A stretch of 56,337 bases of DNA, counting the filler, from Asterionella formosa (taxonomy: Eukaryota), in NCBI GenBank assembly GCA_002256025.1. It is 4 parts of 4 records of this genome, joined end to end, with 100 filler letters (N's around TTAATTAATTAA, not from the genome) between each part and the next. Parts side by side here need not be neighbours in the genome. Positions count along the whole stretch, not along the records: positions 28,230 to 42,238 come from NKIB01006255.1; positions 42,339 to 56,337 come from NKIB01006259.1; 2 more parts are not named here. One strand, written 5' to 3'. The position numbers and the translations under genes are program-made. Position 1 is the first letter of the stretch. Each line of letters opens with the position of its first letter. Positions 38,101 to 50,414 of the stretch are shown here, in pieces. Below the pieces are notes generated by a model that saw only the letters and a list, made by a program, of their open reading frames with translations, made no database searches and was not told the DNA's origin.

Positions 38101-38720
38101 GAAGCTGGTGGAAGATAATTCTCGTTGAGGAATAACATGAGTTCTAATTCAATTGGATGCATGTTCAGAGAATGTTTACTTGGAAGTTGAAATTGAGGAG
38201 GAAGGGGCATTTCCATTGCATTTTCAGGGAGAAAGCCGGTGCGATCTTGAAAATCTGAATATTGCATGGTTTCTGAATTCAATCCTTGGACAATTTTTAG
38301 TCTCAATTGTTCGTCCTGTTGTGACTGAATATTGTTATAAACTGAATTGTCGCTGTCGTCATGAAGTGGATGATTGTGGTCACTTGATTCAAAGATAGGA
38401 CACATAATCTCTTCTTGTCTAATCTCCCTAAATGCTGCAGCAGTTACACTGCCATCATTAACCTCTTTCCTTGAATGACTAGATGCACTACCGCAATACA
38501 TAATTTCACTATGTATTCCAGGAACTCGATTTTCCTGCATGCAATGTCGACAGTGACCATATGTATAAAAAAACGGTTGCTACAATTTCGATTGTGTGAC
38601 TCAGATGGGGATTTGTTCTTCCGAAATTTGTAGTTACACAGATAACACCATTGCAATGTGCGCAAAGACATTGCAAATTGCAAATGATGACCAAGTCAGG
38701 ATATGAAAAGGATAGCATGA
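35138..38720 (-). mobile_element. Plavaka/CACTA(EnSpm)-like transposase, multiply frameshifted
   Basis: Ordered motifs: RIYDEVTSATWF, ALAVFSDGS, PFLLTMLNL...RKK..GWQLV, IIVDTEEHNKICG...CRDC, SDRDIPK..Y..G.....KMSGQE, KYHGMKHYPHLIRKFGSPLNF.G...ES..K..LK..TQ and FRCHP.W...WFDWVEV.W...VPAKL. Confidence 0.8.
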
Positions 38721-38950
38721 AAATGAATTAATATATAATAATAAATTGAGCGCCACTTCGAACATGCTGTGCTGGAAAATACAGAGTCGTGAAATTATCA
38801 CTCCACCATAGTAGTAAAAATGGAGGTGTACCGCTACATGTAGTACAGGCGGCACTAATAGTAATAGTAGTATAGAGCAGAATCAATGTTTTCCTATCAT
38901 CTATGATATGGCTTGCATTGTAGAAGTATCACACTAACTATAATTATTAT

Positions 38951-40873
38951 TTAACTACTAAGTATGCATTGGATTCTATTAGATCCATTCAAAATCAACT
39001 TCGTCATCAATGTCCCGTTGATTAATGCGGTCATTATAATCAATATTCTTTTCAGGAACATTTGGTTGAAGTGATTCAACAAATTGATGCATATCCTCTT
39101 TATATACGTTGGGAAATGAGAAGTATGAGTGTGGGTAGATGATATTTGTGGTGGGAGTAGCGATTCCACTAGGATTCCTTCTAAATTCAGATCGATTCTT
39201 TTGTGAAAGTCCAGTGTAGATTTCCTTATAATAAACGAGTAAATCATCAGTCCATTGATCAGCCAGTGAGACCATTTGAAACTGAACTTTCTTCCCTCAC
39301 ACTTTTGTTGATAAGTGGTTTCCCACCAATGTCGACAAAATCGGTAGAATGACGAATATCTATCGTTCTCTGAAATTTCATGGGTATCTGGATTGAAACC
39401 AAAATATTTTGGTTGCAATCGGAATTTTCCTTTCAGCACCAAGAAGCAAAATGCTTCTGTACTGGCATTGATCAGCGAACCAACAAAACGTGTTTGCAAT
39501 TCACACTGTGCCCGAAGACTGAGTTGAAATATGGTCACACCAGATTTTTCTCCTGTTAAAAATGGTTCTCCACGGCTTGTCCTGCCTATAAAATACACTG
39601 GAGCAAGAACATCACGCCAGACTTGGTATCCATGGCTTCCCCTGTCCATGTCCTTTGACTGCGCAAAACGATAAAGCGTCAACGCCCACCTAATAAAGTC
39701 ATTAATATCCATAGTCTGGAAGTTAGCTATATTCTGTTAGACCAGCTGGTGTGTCATGAATTATGTTAGCATTTTTAAATTGAAACATGTTTGATAAGAA
39801 TTTAGTCACCGACTCAAAACACATCCTTTCGGAGCATCTCCCTGCGAGAACTTACCTAAGATTCCTTTAAATTGATTATTCAATACATTCTGACATTCTC
39901 TCAACTTTTTTATGCAGGCCACATGCCACCAAATGTTGATTTGATGTAATCTAAACGTGCCTTGTTGGTACGTTCAATGGTCTGATTAATTGGAAGTAGT
40001 GCATCAGAACCATTCCATATGAAATCGGCAAGCTCTGGGTCACTCTCCACTTCTTTGCCTAACTCCGTTTTCACTGTGTATAGCTGAGTTAGGCAACATT
40101 CGGCAAACCATCCTGTTTGTGATTGGAAATGCCTTTCATACTACTTGGACCAGATAGGCATGGCGGGATGTTTGATTCTCTTTTGGGACCAGAAAAAAGC
40201 ACATTTGATTGATATTCTGTTTTACAGTACCTGCAATTCACAAACTATAACATCAAACTTACATGTTCACAGCAAAACTTCTTGGTCTTGAAAATAAAAC
40301 TCACAACCTTTGTGACAATTGATGGATCGGTTCAATTTTAGCTAAGCGAGAACGACGTTCTGATAAGGCTGCTGAAATAGAAGAGTCTTGATAACCTCGT
40401 ATGGACGAGTTTTGAACCGAATTACGACCTATGTAGTGATTGAGTTCATTGACCAATTGATTATATCCTTTGGCAAGTGCAAAATGTTTTTCCCTCAGTT
40501 TGTCATGTACCTGTTGGTCCGTGCGATTAGAAAATTTATGATATGGTACCATGTTGTTCATCTGCATCCGGGAGTTATTAATGTCATCATCGACAGGAGC
40601 CATTTTTCTTGTATCAACAACTGAAGTAGAAACGTCATCATTGCTGTCAGTATCAATTACGGGATCCTTTGTACTAGTAGCTGATGGTGTCCCCATCGAC
40701 GATGGGGTATTACCCCCAACGTCTCCCAATCGCCGATTGGGTTGCTTTGGATAATCGCCTATTCGCTTTTTCTTTGTAAACTCATTTTGGAACTTGCTTC
40801 TTTGTTCAATACCGGCAGTATTTGCCACATGTCGCTTGTTTCCATGAACCTCTTTATGGTTTCTTGAAGACAT
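38951..40873 (-). pseudogene. Spliced companion gene of unknown function, co-oriented upstream of the transposase
   Basis: ORFs 40301-40873 and 38951-39712 are bridged by exon-like sequence with gtaagt donors (near 40262 and 39855), a ctaac branch point and cag acceptors. It contains LINASTEAFCFLVL and has in-frame stops. Confidence 0.5.
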
Positions 40874-40924
40874 TGTACTACTTGATAACTGTTGTCGTTG
40901 TCTTCCTTAAAGTTCGATGATCTT

Positions 40925-41395
40925 AAATTCATTTACTGTCCTGCTGCAGTAGCAGCAGTCATAGACATATGGTGTTCTATTGCTTACTTATTACTCCGAC
41001 TACCACTTTTCAGTTTCACGATCATACAATCCTAAAACTATGATAATTTACTATCCCACTGCAGTAGCACAGTCCTGAAAATATGGTGTTCTATTGTTGT
41101 TTAGTTTTACGATCATACCATCCTAAAACTATGATGATTTACTGTCCCACGGTAGTAGCAACAGTCCTGAACATATGGCATTCTGTTGCTCGCTTACTAC
41201 TCCGACTACCGCTTTTCAGTTTTACGATCATATGATCCTAAAACTATGATGATTTACTGTCCACATATGGTGTTCTTTTGGTTTTTAGTTTTACGATCAT
41301 ACGATCCTAAAACTATGATGATTTACTGTCCCACTGCAGCAGCAACAGTCCTGAACATATGGTGTTCTGTTGCTAGTTTACTACTCCGACTACCC
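40925..41395. repeat. Complex tandem repeat, ~70-115-bp units, about 5 copies
   Basis: ttttacgatcata..atcctaaaactatgatgatttactgtcc occurs 4 times; catatggtgttct and ttactactccgactacc also recur. Confidence 0.9.
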
Positions 41396-42350
41396 CCAGT
41401 ATATCACTTACTACCTGCTACTGGTACTCTGTATATATATATGATATATTGTTATTGTCATACCAGTATGATGTACCGGTACAAAAAATGAAGAGCTCCC
41501 GCCCAAAAAAGGGGCTTAAACAATTTGCTACCAAAACCTTGGCGGTTATGACTTACACCAATTGAATGGTCTAAATAATTAGTTTCAACGGACGTAGAAA
41601 ATATCGATGCAAACAAATTTCAGAAATAATACCGGTACACGTAGTCGTGAAAAACAATGGACATATAGTGCATTGAGTATTTTCGAATTATGTATATGCG
41701 AGTATGATCATCCCAACCATATCAGATGTTCCATATCGAGAGCGCCTTTGAATTTTATAAATGTATAACACTTCATATATATATATATTTTTACAAATTT
41801 TATTACTATATTCATGGCATATATATTTTTGAAATCGTTCTGTCATGTTAACAAACAATGCCTGCTGCTTCATGAAAAGATACGTCATAGTAAAGCACAT
41901 GACAAGAAAAGAAAGTTTTCGCAATACATCACGAAAAACATTGTGACTTCGACACATTGCGCCTTCGAAGGATGGATAATGTTTAAGGTAATGAAGCCAT
42001 CAATGTGGTACTTGGATGACAATCGTTGGGAGACAGGCAGCACAACAACAAATTGTTAACTAAACGCAGCCACATTTCCTTTTTTCTCAGTTGATTCAAC
42101 AGCTCGTTTCGCTTGTTGGGGAGCACCAATGTAAAACAAAACCAAACCAAATTGCGTAAGTGCTCTTGTCGCTCGTTGGACCTATTCACTTCTGTTGGAA
42201 CAAAACTAACAAAACGTTTATATTCTCTCAAAGTTAAGNNNNNNNNNNNNNNNNNNNNNNNNNNNNNNNNNNNNNNNNNNNNTTAATTAATTAANNNNNN
42301 NNNNNNNNNNNNNNNNNNNNNNNNNNNNNNNNNNNNNNTACAGAATTAAT

Positions 42351-42465
42351 TGAAGTATTTCAAATAATTATGTGAAGTATTTCAAATAATTATGTGAAGT
42401 ATTTCAAATAATTATGTGAAGTATTTCAAATAATTATGTGAAGTATTTCAAATAATTATGTGAAG
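42351..42465. repeat. Perfect minisatellite, 22-bp unit x5
   Basis: (tgaagtatttcaaataattatg)5 followed by tgaag. Confidence 0.97.
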
Positions 42466-42660
42466 GTGATCACGTAATATAGTGATGATCAGGAATGCAT
42501 GCATGATACTCTCATCAAATAATTAACGTGATGTATTCAGATAATATATAGATATATTCAAGTAAGCATTTTGATGTATTCAACTAATTCATGTGATCCA
42601 TTCAAAATCAACTAGGCTTATTTACGTGATGGTCACTTCACGTAATACGCGGCTTAGATG

Positions 42661-45445
42661 TGGGAGAAGGGAGATGGATCAAGTTCCTACACAGTTCCTG
42701 CAAAACTACTTCTTTGGGGAAATGTTATTTTCTCCAACACAACAACCATTCTCTTAGCGTGTATTTGTTCCTTGAAAAGTTCAACTGAAATGAAAATTCA
42801 TAAACGTATGCTGCTTTTTTGCAAGGGGAGACACCTTATGCAATCATACAACTGGCTTAATTGAGCGTTGTTGAATTTCATAACATACTTTCGGTAGCAT
42901 TTGTTGTACCTGCTTTGAAACCACAGGAATCAAGGAAATCTCTGAAACCGCAAGAAGGTGGGGAATTTTAGGTTAAATTAATTGCCCCTGAGGGTCATTT
43001 TAGGTTATTCCGCACCTAAAATTCAGGAAATGATTAAAAATATTTTCTCGTCCTACAGACAAATGTTGGCACAAGGCTACAGACGAAGTTAAACTTCCTT
43101 TTCAGTTCTTGGAATTTTAGGTGCGGGAAAACCTAATAATGACTCCCTGCATTCAATACTTTTGTACAGTGTAAAACGGATGACGGATTCTGATGGTTCA
43201 TACCGTACTTAGCTTGAGGTCGGTACGTGATGCATTGGATGTACCGGTACCAGGCACCAGGTACCTGATAGGCACCTGACATCGAGCATTGATGTAGCGG
43301 TAGATAAATAGAGAATTATACTTGACGGTACTTATGACTTACTATGATATTATGGAGTATCAATACCGGTACGAGGTACCAGGTACCTGGTACCTGATGG
43401 ATGCGCATACATACATGTCAGTACGTACCGGTGTGTTGTAGAATCTTGTCGGCATGAACTTTTCTTTGTCCTTGTCATTAAATATTGCGAAACCATATGA
43501 TCGGTCTACATTTTGCCACGGCTCACCTTTGTCATTGCTAGCTACGGATGTGCTCATTTGTATGAAGCGACGATCGATTATCGCAGCAATCAACCGAAGT
43601 CCATGCTGTCTCGTCAATCTCTGAAATACTAGCTAGTATGCAGCAAAATTGCAGGTGAACTTTGGGTTGTGGTATCTTGTGACAGTTGCATGTTGGTAAT
43701 GCGACCACCATTCTAACAGCTCGTTGCATGTGTGGATGTGATTTTAAAATAGAATGTTGATGACTAGATATCATGACAGCCATGAAAATGTTCGTTTGAT
43801 TATGTAGTCGTCTGATTTATTCTGTTTACCATCCATGCCTAGTATAGAGTCATAGTATGTCTTCGTTTTCGTCGCCAATTCAAGCCCAATTGATTGCCCG
43901 CTATCATCGATTAACCACCCTGTTCTTATTGCTAAAAAACCTTTCGAACGTGTTTGTCTATTATTCTCCAAATTCAAGTTTTTAAACTCTGGCGCATTTT
44001 TGATTGTTGAATTGAATCAAGCTTTCTGGATTCTCTATCACCAGCATGTCATGCAAATTTGTCACTGAGGGTCCACCATTTGTTGCAAGCTGATAAAGCA
44101 GGTCGGGTAATTAAAAATTCACACAAATAACATGATTCTTTGATGGATTTAAGAGATGATTGAACTCGCTCCATAAGCCTATCATTGAGGCTTCATCAAC
44201 GATGCAAGGAGTGCATGAAGCTAAACTTACAATGTGCAAGATTATTCAAAGTAGTAGCAGTATGGATAAATCTACTACTAAAGAATACAATGTTAACATC
44301 GAAACTCTGATTTTGAAACTTTGATGCTAATGAATTGCTACTAGTAGTTATTTAAATGAACAAAGGAATTAATTTGGTTCAAGCAGTCAACCGAAGAATC
44401 AGGCCACAATTGTTGAATGTTGTCAACAATTTTCAACAGAACAAGTAGTACTGACACTACTAATAGCTAGCTATTCATTTCATCTACATTCTATCATTTG
44501 GTTGAGGTTGAAATGAAGTGATAGTGAGTCGTAATTTACATATTGTGTGTGTATGCTATAGTTACAATATTTTTTGTCATCTGCTCCACCCTGCAACGTA
44601 TTATCAGTACTTTCTGTATTAGGTATGGATGGGTGTGGTCCGCCCAAGGTAGAAGTCGTTCTCGTGTGTACATTTTGTACCGACCATTTTTTAGGTGTCG
44701 GTTTGACCTAAAATTCAGGGTGTGAATAAGAAGTTTTGGAACAGATACGGAAAGATAATTTTTATGTTGCCATGCCTCCACGTAATTTATGGAAATCAAT
44801 CGGGTGGGACCAAAAACTAACAAGCGAACGTTGATAAATATACAAGAATAATATAAATGATAATGCTAACAATATAGTTTCGCATACTAAATTGGTTATT
44901 ATGAGGTTTTCACAAACTACAATTTCCTAAGAAATGATTATCCAATGGTCCATTATTTCTTCTTTTTCACTCCCAAAGAACCTAAGATGGTCCTTCTCGT
45001 TTCGTCCGGAATTTTGCTTCTCCACTTTTCAACTGCAGTTCGATATGAGTCTGTAAACTTTTTCAATTTGATTCCAGAAGGGCTATCATCAGATACAAAA
45101 TTTTCTTTAAACTTTTTGTCAATTTTGATGCATCCAGCCAGAAATGTGGCCAAGAGGTGCATGATTATACCATTTGAAGGGAGCAAGTTTGTCATTACTT
45201 TGTTGTATCATGGATTTTCCGTAGACAACTTCATCCTTCTTGAAAGAAGAGTTGCAAGGAACTCGTCCAAATATTTAACATTTTTAAATCTAAATAGGAT
45301 GTCAAAATTTTGTCGATACAAAATTGAAGAACAGTTATTTCCAACTGAAACATATCCTCACGAGAATTTGTCGTTGTCACTTGAGGCCAAACTGTTCCAA
45401 GATGAAAGTATGTTGACTTGGTTGGTGGGTCAGATGTAATGGATA
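42661..45445 (+). repeat. Inverted duplicate of 34514-35535 (3' ends of the transposase and Ulp1-like genes), split by an insertion
   Basis: 42661-42957 matches the reverse complement of 35239-35535, and 44728-45445 matches the reverse complement of 34514-35244. ORF translations are nearly identical. Confidence 0.95.
42958..44727. mobile_element. 1770-bp insertion flanked by AAGAAG direct repeats; unclassified element
   Basis: AAGAAG at 42952-42957 and 44728-44733, against a single cttctt at the empty site 35239-35244. Subterminal inverted repeat gaattttaggttaaa / tttgacctaaaattc. Confidence 0.85.
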
Positions 45446-46150
45446 TGGCTACGCACATGGGATATATGCTCAGGGTACCTGAGGTAGCCCTTGTAGACGC
45501 TAGTATATAATCACTTAGCTTAGATGTTGCGATTTGTTTATGCATATGAAATGCTACAGTGTAGTTCTTGTGAGCGACTGGAGAATCCTGCATCATGCTG
45601 TCTCTGCCTTGACCAGCATGATGAAAATAGCGAATTTCTCCACAAAAATGAAGAGGATGCTTTGCTATTGGGTACACATATATCTAACACAACATAGATA
45701 ATTCAAGCGTAAAAAAACTGTAATAACACTAATGTTGACAATGAAAATTGAATTTGCCAATTGTGCATTTTATATGTACTTTAGATGATTCACAATTCAA
45801 AGCAACAAAGTTACAATGAGATTTAACACTTTCACAGTATGCGACACTCTACACTACGGCAATCTGTAGTTTGAACCTCTATTTAAGTTATGTCGATTAA
45901 CAGTCAATTGACATTTTCAAAATGATTCTTTTGTTTATGATTACTGATCAAGTTGGTGACTACATACAGCTAAAAATCTGCTGACAATGACTAGAAGTTG
46001 CTGACAGTGACTACTTAGAATTTGCTGACTACTACAGCTAGAAGTTACTGATTGGTGAATTCCATTAGTCAACTGTCTTCCAGTTGCTGAATACCATTAC
46101 CAGTAATTGTAGGTGAACATGATTTTGATGATCAGAACATGACTTGGATT
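45444..46150 (+). repeat. Dispersed repeat family A, copy 2, followed by GCTGAC-motif repeats
   Basis: Colinear with 50415-50942 up to ...ttttcaaaatga.tcttttgttta.gattact..tc.agttg, then gctgac repeats at 45980-46090. Confidence 0.8.
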
Positions 46151-46712
46151 TTATGTATGATAATTTAACATTATATAGAATGTTACTTAAGAGAGTTTGG
46201 AATGGAAAGCCAGCCTATCTCAAACAGTAGCCTTGACCCTGAGGAGTCATTGGGAGTGAGTCGAAACTGAATACCGGTAAGTGCGCATAAAACCTGTGCT
46301 ATCGGGTCTTCCTGGGATCTTGTTTACTGTTTGCATACATACAACGGGTACGGTATATCGATACCACTCTGGGATTACTACTGGTACCAGGTACCAGTGC
46401 CGGGTACACCCATCTTGTTCCACACCTGTCTTTGCCACCTGGTATGGTCCCGGGTACACCATCAGGTACTGGTATGGTACCAGGTACCTGGCACCTGGCA
46501 CCTGGTACTCTGAGTACCTACCTTGTACGGTGCGAGCACCAACACAAGTACCGGTAGGATATTACGGCTCGCTTCTCGCCATCATAGTCATCATCATGCA
46601 TGATGGTTTCAAAAGTTGCAAAAGGTGGAAGAAAGACATTATCATTTGCATGGACAGAAGATAGCGCGTTTAATACGGCAGCAGCAGCAGCAGCAACAGC
46701 AACAACAACAAC

Positions 46713-47561
46713 ATGAGCGAAGAAGAGCCCCAAACAGAGACAGCAGACGCCGGAGAAGAAGATGCCCCCGTCAAGGAAGAAGAAAGTACCGCGGTCTTTG
46801 AGCCAGTAGTAAGTTTCGAAGCGCAAGGTCAACCCCTGATCACCCCTTGTGGATTGCCGTAGCCCGTAGTAATGTCTGGAAGTCACCCGAGTTCGAAATC
46901 CTGGGCGATCGTCTTCTCTGAAACTCCCAATTACCTTGTTGTCGCTCACCGGTCAACTCTTTTTGCAGGTTAAGCTTGAGGAAGTGGAAGTCAAGAGTGG
47001 CGAAGAAGAGGAGGTAAGTGGAGTTGTTGAGACGAAACGGAGCCTGATTGATTGTTTTACTCAGATTTCAACTTTGTTCAGGAAGTTGTCTTTACGATGA
47101 GGGCGAAATTGTTCATCTTTGGCGAGACCTTGTTGGATGTAGGGTCCGGGAAGAAGTCATGGAGAGAGCGTGGGGTAGGAGATATGCGCATCTTGCGTCA
47201 TAGAGAGCACCAGCGTCTTCGTGTTTTGATGCGTCAGGAGAAGACCATGAAGGTTATTGCCAACCATGCATTGGATCCCAGAATTACGCTTGAACCAAAC
47301 GTTGGATCCGATAGATCTTGGGTATGGTCTGCATTTGACTTCGCAGAAGGAGAACTGAAGGAAACCACTTTTGCTGTCAGATTTGCTGATTCGGAGATTG
47401 CTCTAGACTTCAAGAAGAAGTTTGAAGAAATGCAGAAGGACATGGCAGCGCTACTTGCTGGTGGAGACAAACCTGATGCAGATGGAGGGAAGGCTGCCGA
47501 TGAAGCTGCAGATGCTCTTAGTAAGGCCAAAGTCGTCGATGACGACGATGACGACGTGTAG
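46713..47561 (+). CDS. RANBP1: Ran-binding protein 1, 3 exons (46713-46808, 46969-47013, 47082-47561)
   Basis: FEPVVKLEEVEVKSGEEEEEV.F.MRAKLF...W.ERGVG..RIL.H....RVLMRQEKTMKV.ANH, GSDRSWVW and DFAEGE..F.VRF. GT-AG introns are in frame. Confidence 0.96.
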
Positions 47562-47818
47562 ACATGCCTTTATTGCAATATTTCGTTTGTCCATTTGGTT
47601 GTTTCAGAGCATGTGTTGTAGAAATGATTACAGGTTGATTTCTTGCGATGTATGTAGTTATTAACAGTAATAGTCTCACAATAGAACCTCCAATGAAAGA
47701 TTTTTCGAGATAAGGACATCGATCCAGATCTGAATGAGTCGAGGTTTATTCTAAGGATTGAAACCAAAGATACAGTTTAAGACGAGTACTTTTTACACCA
47801 ATACATTCCAGCATTGCA

Positions 47819-49794
47819 TTATACCATCTCTAACAATCTGGAACTTCGTGGAGCTACTTCTCTTAGCCGACTCCTATTAATCACAGGATCAGAAACTTTA
47901 CGAAGAAGCGTTGTTTCTCGTGTTGTCGTCGATCGTCGAAGCAGAGCGATTCCTTCATTGACTTTAATATCAAGGGTTTCTTTGTCACCCATCAAAATGG
48001 CGTCTTCATGTTCAATGCCAAACATCCCCAAGATGCGTGCATATCCATTGCACAATGTGAATGCACAGAGCGCCAGAATCAGCAAAGGGGCGTATATCGA
48101 AAAACTAGTACCAAAGAATGGAACAGTTGACATCATATTCATGACATGTGAAAAGGCACAATCCGTGGTCGAAGTATCATATTTGATTATGAAAAGAAAG
48201 TTGTACGCCAGCGGAAATTGTAGACGAACAAGATACTGAGCATTGAAGAGCAAAGCGATCCCATTACTTTGCTTATTTCCCCGAAGGCGGTACGGCCCAA
48301 AATTGCTCAATTTGAACAAGCTGCTGTATACACATAGCGACATGTACAAAATGGGCAGCAGCGCTGCAAGCTGGAAGAGGAAGCCACGATCTCGATTTCC
48401 TGGCGTATCAAACATTCTCAATGCTAAAGCAAAGGGAGATACGTTAAAGGGCAATGCCAATGTCGCCTCACTCCACAAGACAGCACCAGACATGACTGCA
48501 AACGCCATTCCGAGCACACGATAGAAGGGACGGCGTAGGCAAGCTATCCAGAAATACCGTATATTAACTCCGAGTTTCCCGCATGGTTTCTTGGAGCTCG
48601 TTGGAGTTTCTCCTCCTTTAGCTTCGCTAGCGTCGCCGCCGCAATTTGCGAGTTCGGCATAAAAGTTGCTGTGCTGAACCAATGCATTCCACCGTTGTTC
48701 TGAGCTGACAACTTCCTCTTGAGCACGTTCCAACCTAGCGTTTAACTTTGCCAAACTAGCAATGGATGGAATACCATCATCCAGTTCAATATCGCATGTT
48801 TCTTCATGTCGACCTCTACCTGTAGTTCGTCTTTGATGCATTTCTGGGCTCAGCACGGCAGTTGACTTCCGTGCAGTCAACAGTTTGTCCACACATCGAG
48901 CATAGTAAGGATCCATTGCCACGCGACTATCTTCACTGTCGCCTATGGTCGCAGCAGCCTTGTCAATCAAATCTTCACAATCCTGCAGTTCCCAGACGGC
49001 TTCGAATAATGCTTCATCCGCACTGCTAGCAACAATCTGAGTTCGCCGAAGCTCGGTTTCTGGATTTGCCTGTCGCCATACCTGTTTCGGCAAATCGACT
49101 AGACTGTATCCCAGAAGGAGCACAACCATCAAGAATCCATAGGTATTTCCGAGCGCCATCAGCACAGGTACAATGTGACCGAACGATTTCATCTTGACAG
49201 CAAGGGCAACGACAAAAAGCACAGCAGCCTGTAAATCAAGTAGAATCAAAAATAGTTGGTTGGTTAATTGTCAACTCCACGCATCGGCATTTCAAACGAG
49301 TCAACGTACGCATGCTCCCATGATCCAGCCACGCACGGCTATTCTGCATCCAGCTTGGAGTCTTGAATACCAAGTGAAGCACCCCGAAAGAAGAGCATGC
49401 CGAAAAAGCGGCAAGATGATCCATCCTAGAAAGGCTGTTGACCAATAGACGACTTTCCATGGGAGGTAGGTGTCATTCGGCGTGCAGCAACTCTCGGCCT
49501 CCGGTGAGCCTTCGGCGTATCTGTGTATTGTCAGAGCACGAGATGAGTCAAGTATGGAAGGCGTGTTGGGACTTTGGCAAGGTACGGTCTACTTCAGCGT
49601 CCCAGCACTTACACTGTAGTGACCGTTAGATCGATTGGAAGCAATGCAATGCCCCCGAAACCCAGAGTAAAGCTCAACGTGACCAGAAAGAGAATCAATA
49701 TCGACGTTTTGCGAGCGGCAAAATGGTTTACCAACAGGGCCGCCAACACGAAGAAGATGGCGAACAATATGCCTAGCGTGCTCTCAGCGTCCAT
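47819..49794 (-). CDS. LMBR1-like multi-pass membrane protein (LMBRD2-like), 3 exons (49794-49613, 49520-49310, 49228-47819)
   Basis: LLPIDL, W.VVYWST..LGW.ILP, MALGNTYG...LLGY.LVDLP, LLFNAQYLVRLQFPLAYNFL and VPFFG..F..YAP. Confidence 0.9.
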
Positions 49795-50414
49795 GGTGAC
49801 AATACACGAAGAAGAATTTTATTTTAGAGCTATCTCTCGAACTACCAGGTACCTGGTACCGGGAGCCAGGTACGGTACCGGTACCTTTTTAAAAAAAAAA
49901 CCCAAGAAATGGTCTCAAACCAGAGAGAATCACGCCGAGCCGACAGTGCGTCAAACCTACCGGTACGTCGTAACTACCTGGTACCAGGTACCTGGTCTCT
50001 TCACTTGTAGTACATGTAGTAGGTAGGAGTACCAGTCCATGGAGTACCAGTACCTGGAAGGTCCACCCCCAGTAGAACCCATTTTATGCACACCTTTTCA
50101 GTTTCAACTCACTCCCAATGATTTGTCCCATGCATGCCAGACAAGATAGGCCAGCTTCGATGGACATAATATTCCTTGAGTATTTTAGGAAAGCATTACT
50201 CTGATTTACAGTCTCTGAACATGACTCAGATTTGCTGACTGGGCTGATAAGTAGTAACCCCCAGTTCAGCAAATTGTCTTCTACTAGCTTCAGAATACAA
50301 ATAGGAACTCATGTCATTCTATTTATAAACATGGTCACACTATCACGCTTGATGCAACAGTGTCCTGGCATATTTGCAATATCATAGCTACATACTATCA
50401 CAGGTACCATATAC

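Noticed and set aside
43400..44000. Assigning the insertion's ORF to hAT or TET/JBP families
   Set aside because: Only a vague resemblance (HPHMQRAVRMVVALPT); diagnostic residues are not found.
46677..46712. PolyQ ORF 46616-46801
   Set aside because: A CAG/CAA microsatellite in the RanBP1 5' leader, out of frame with the real CDS.
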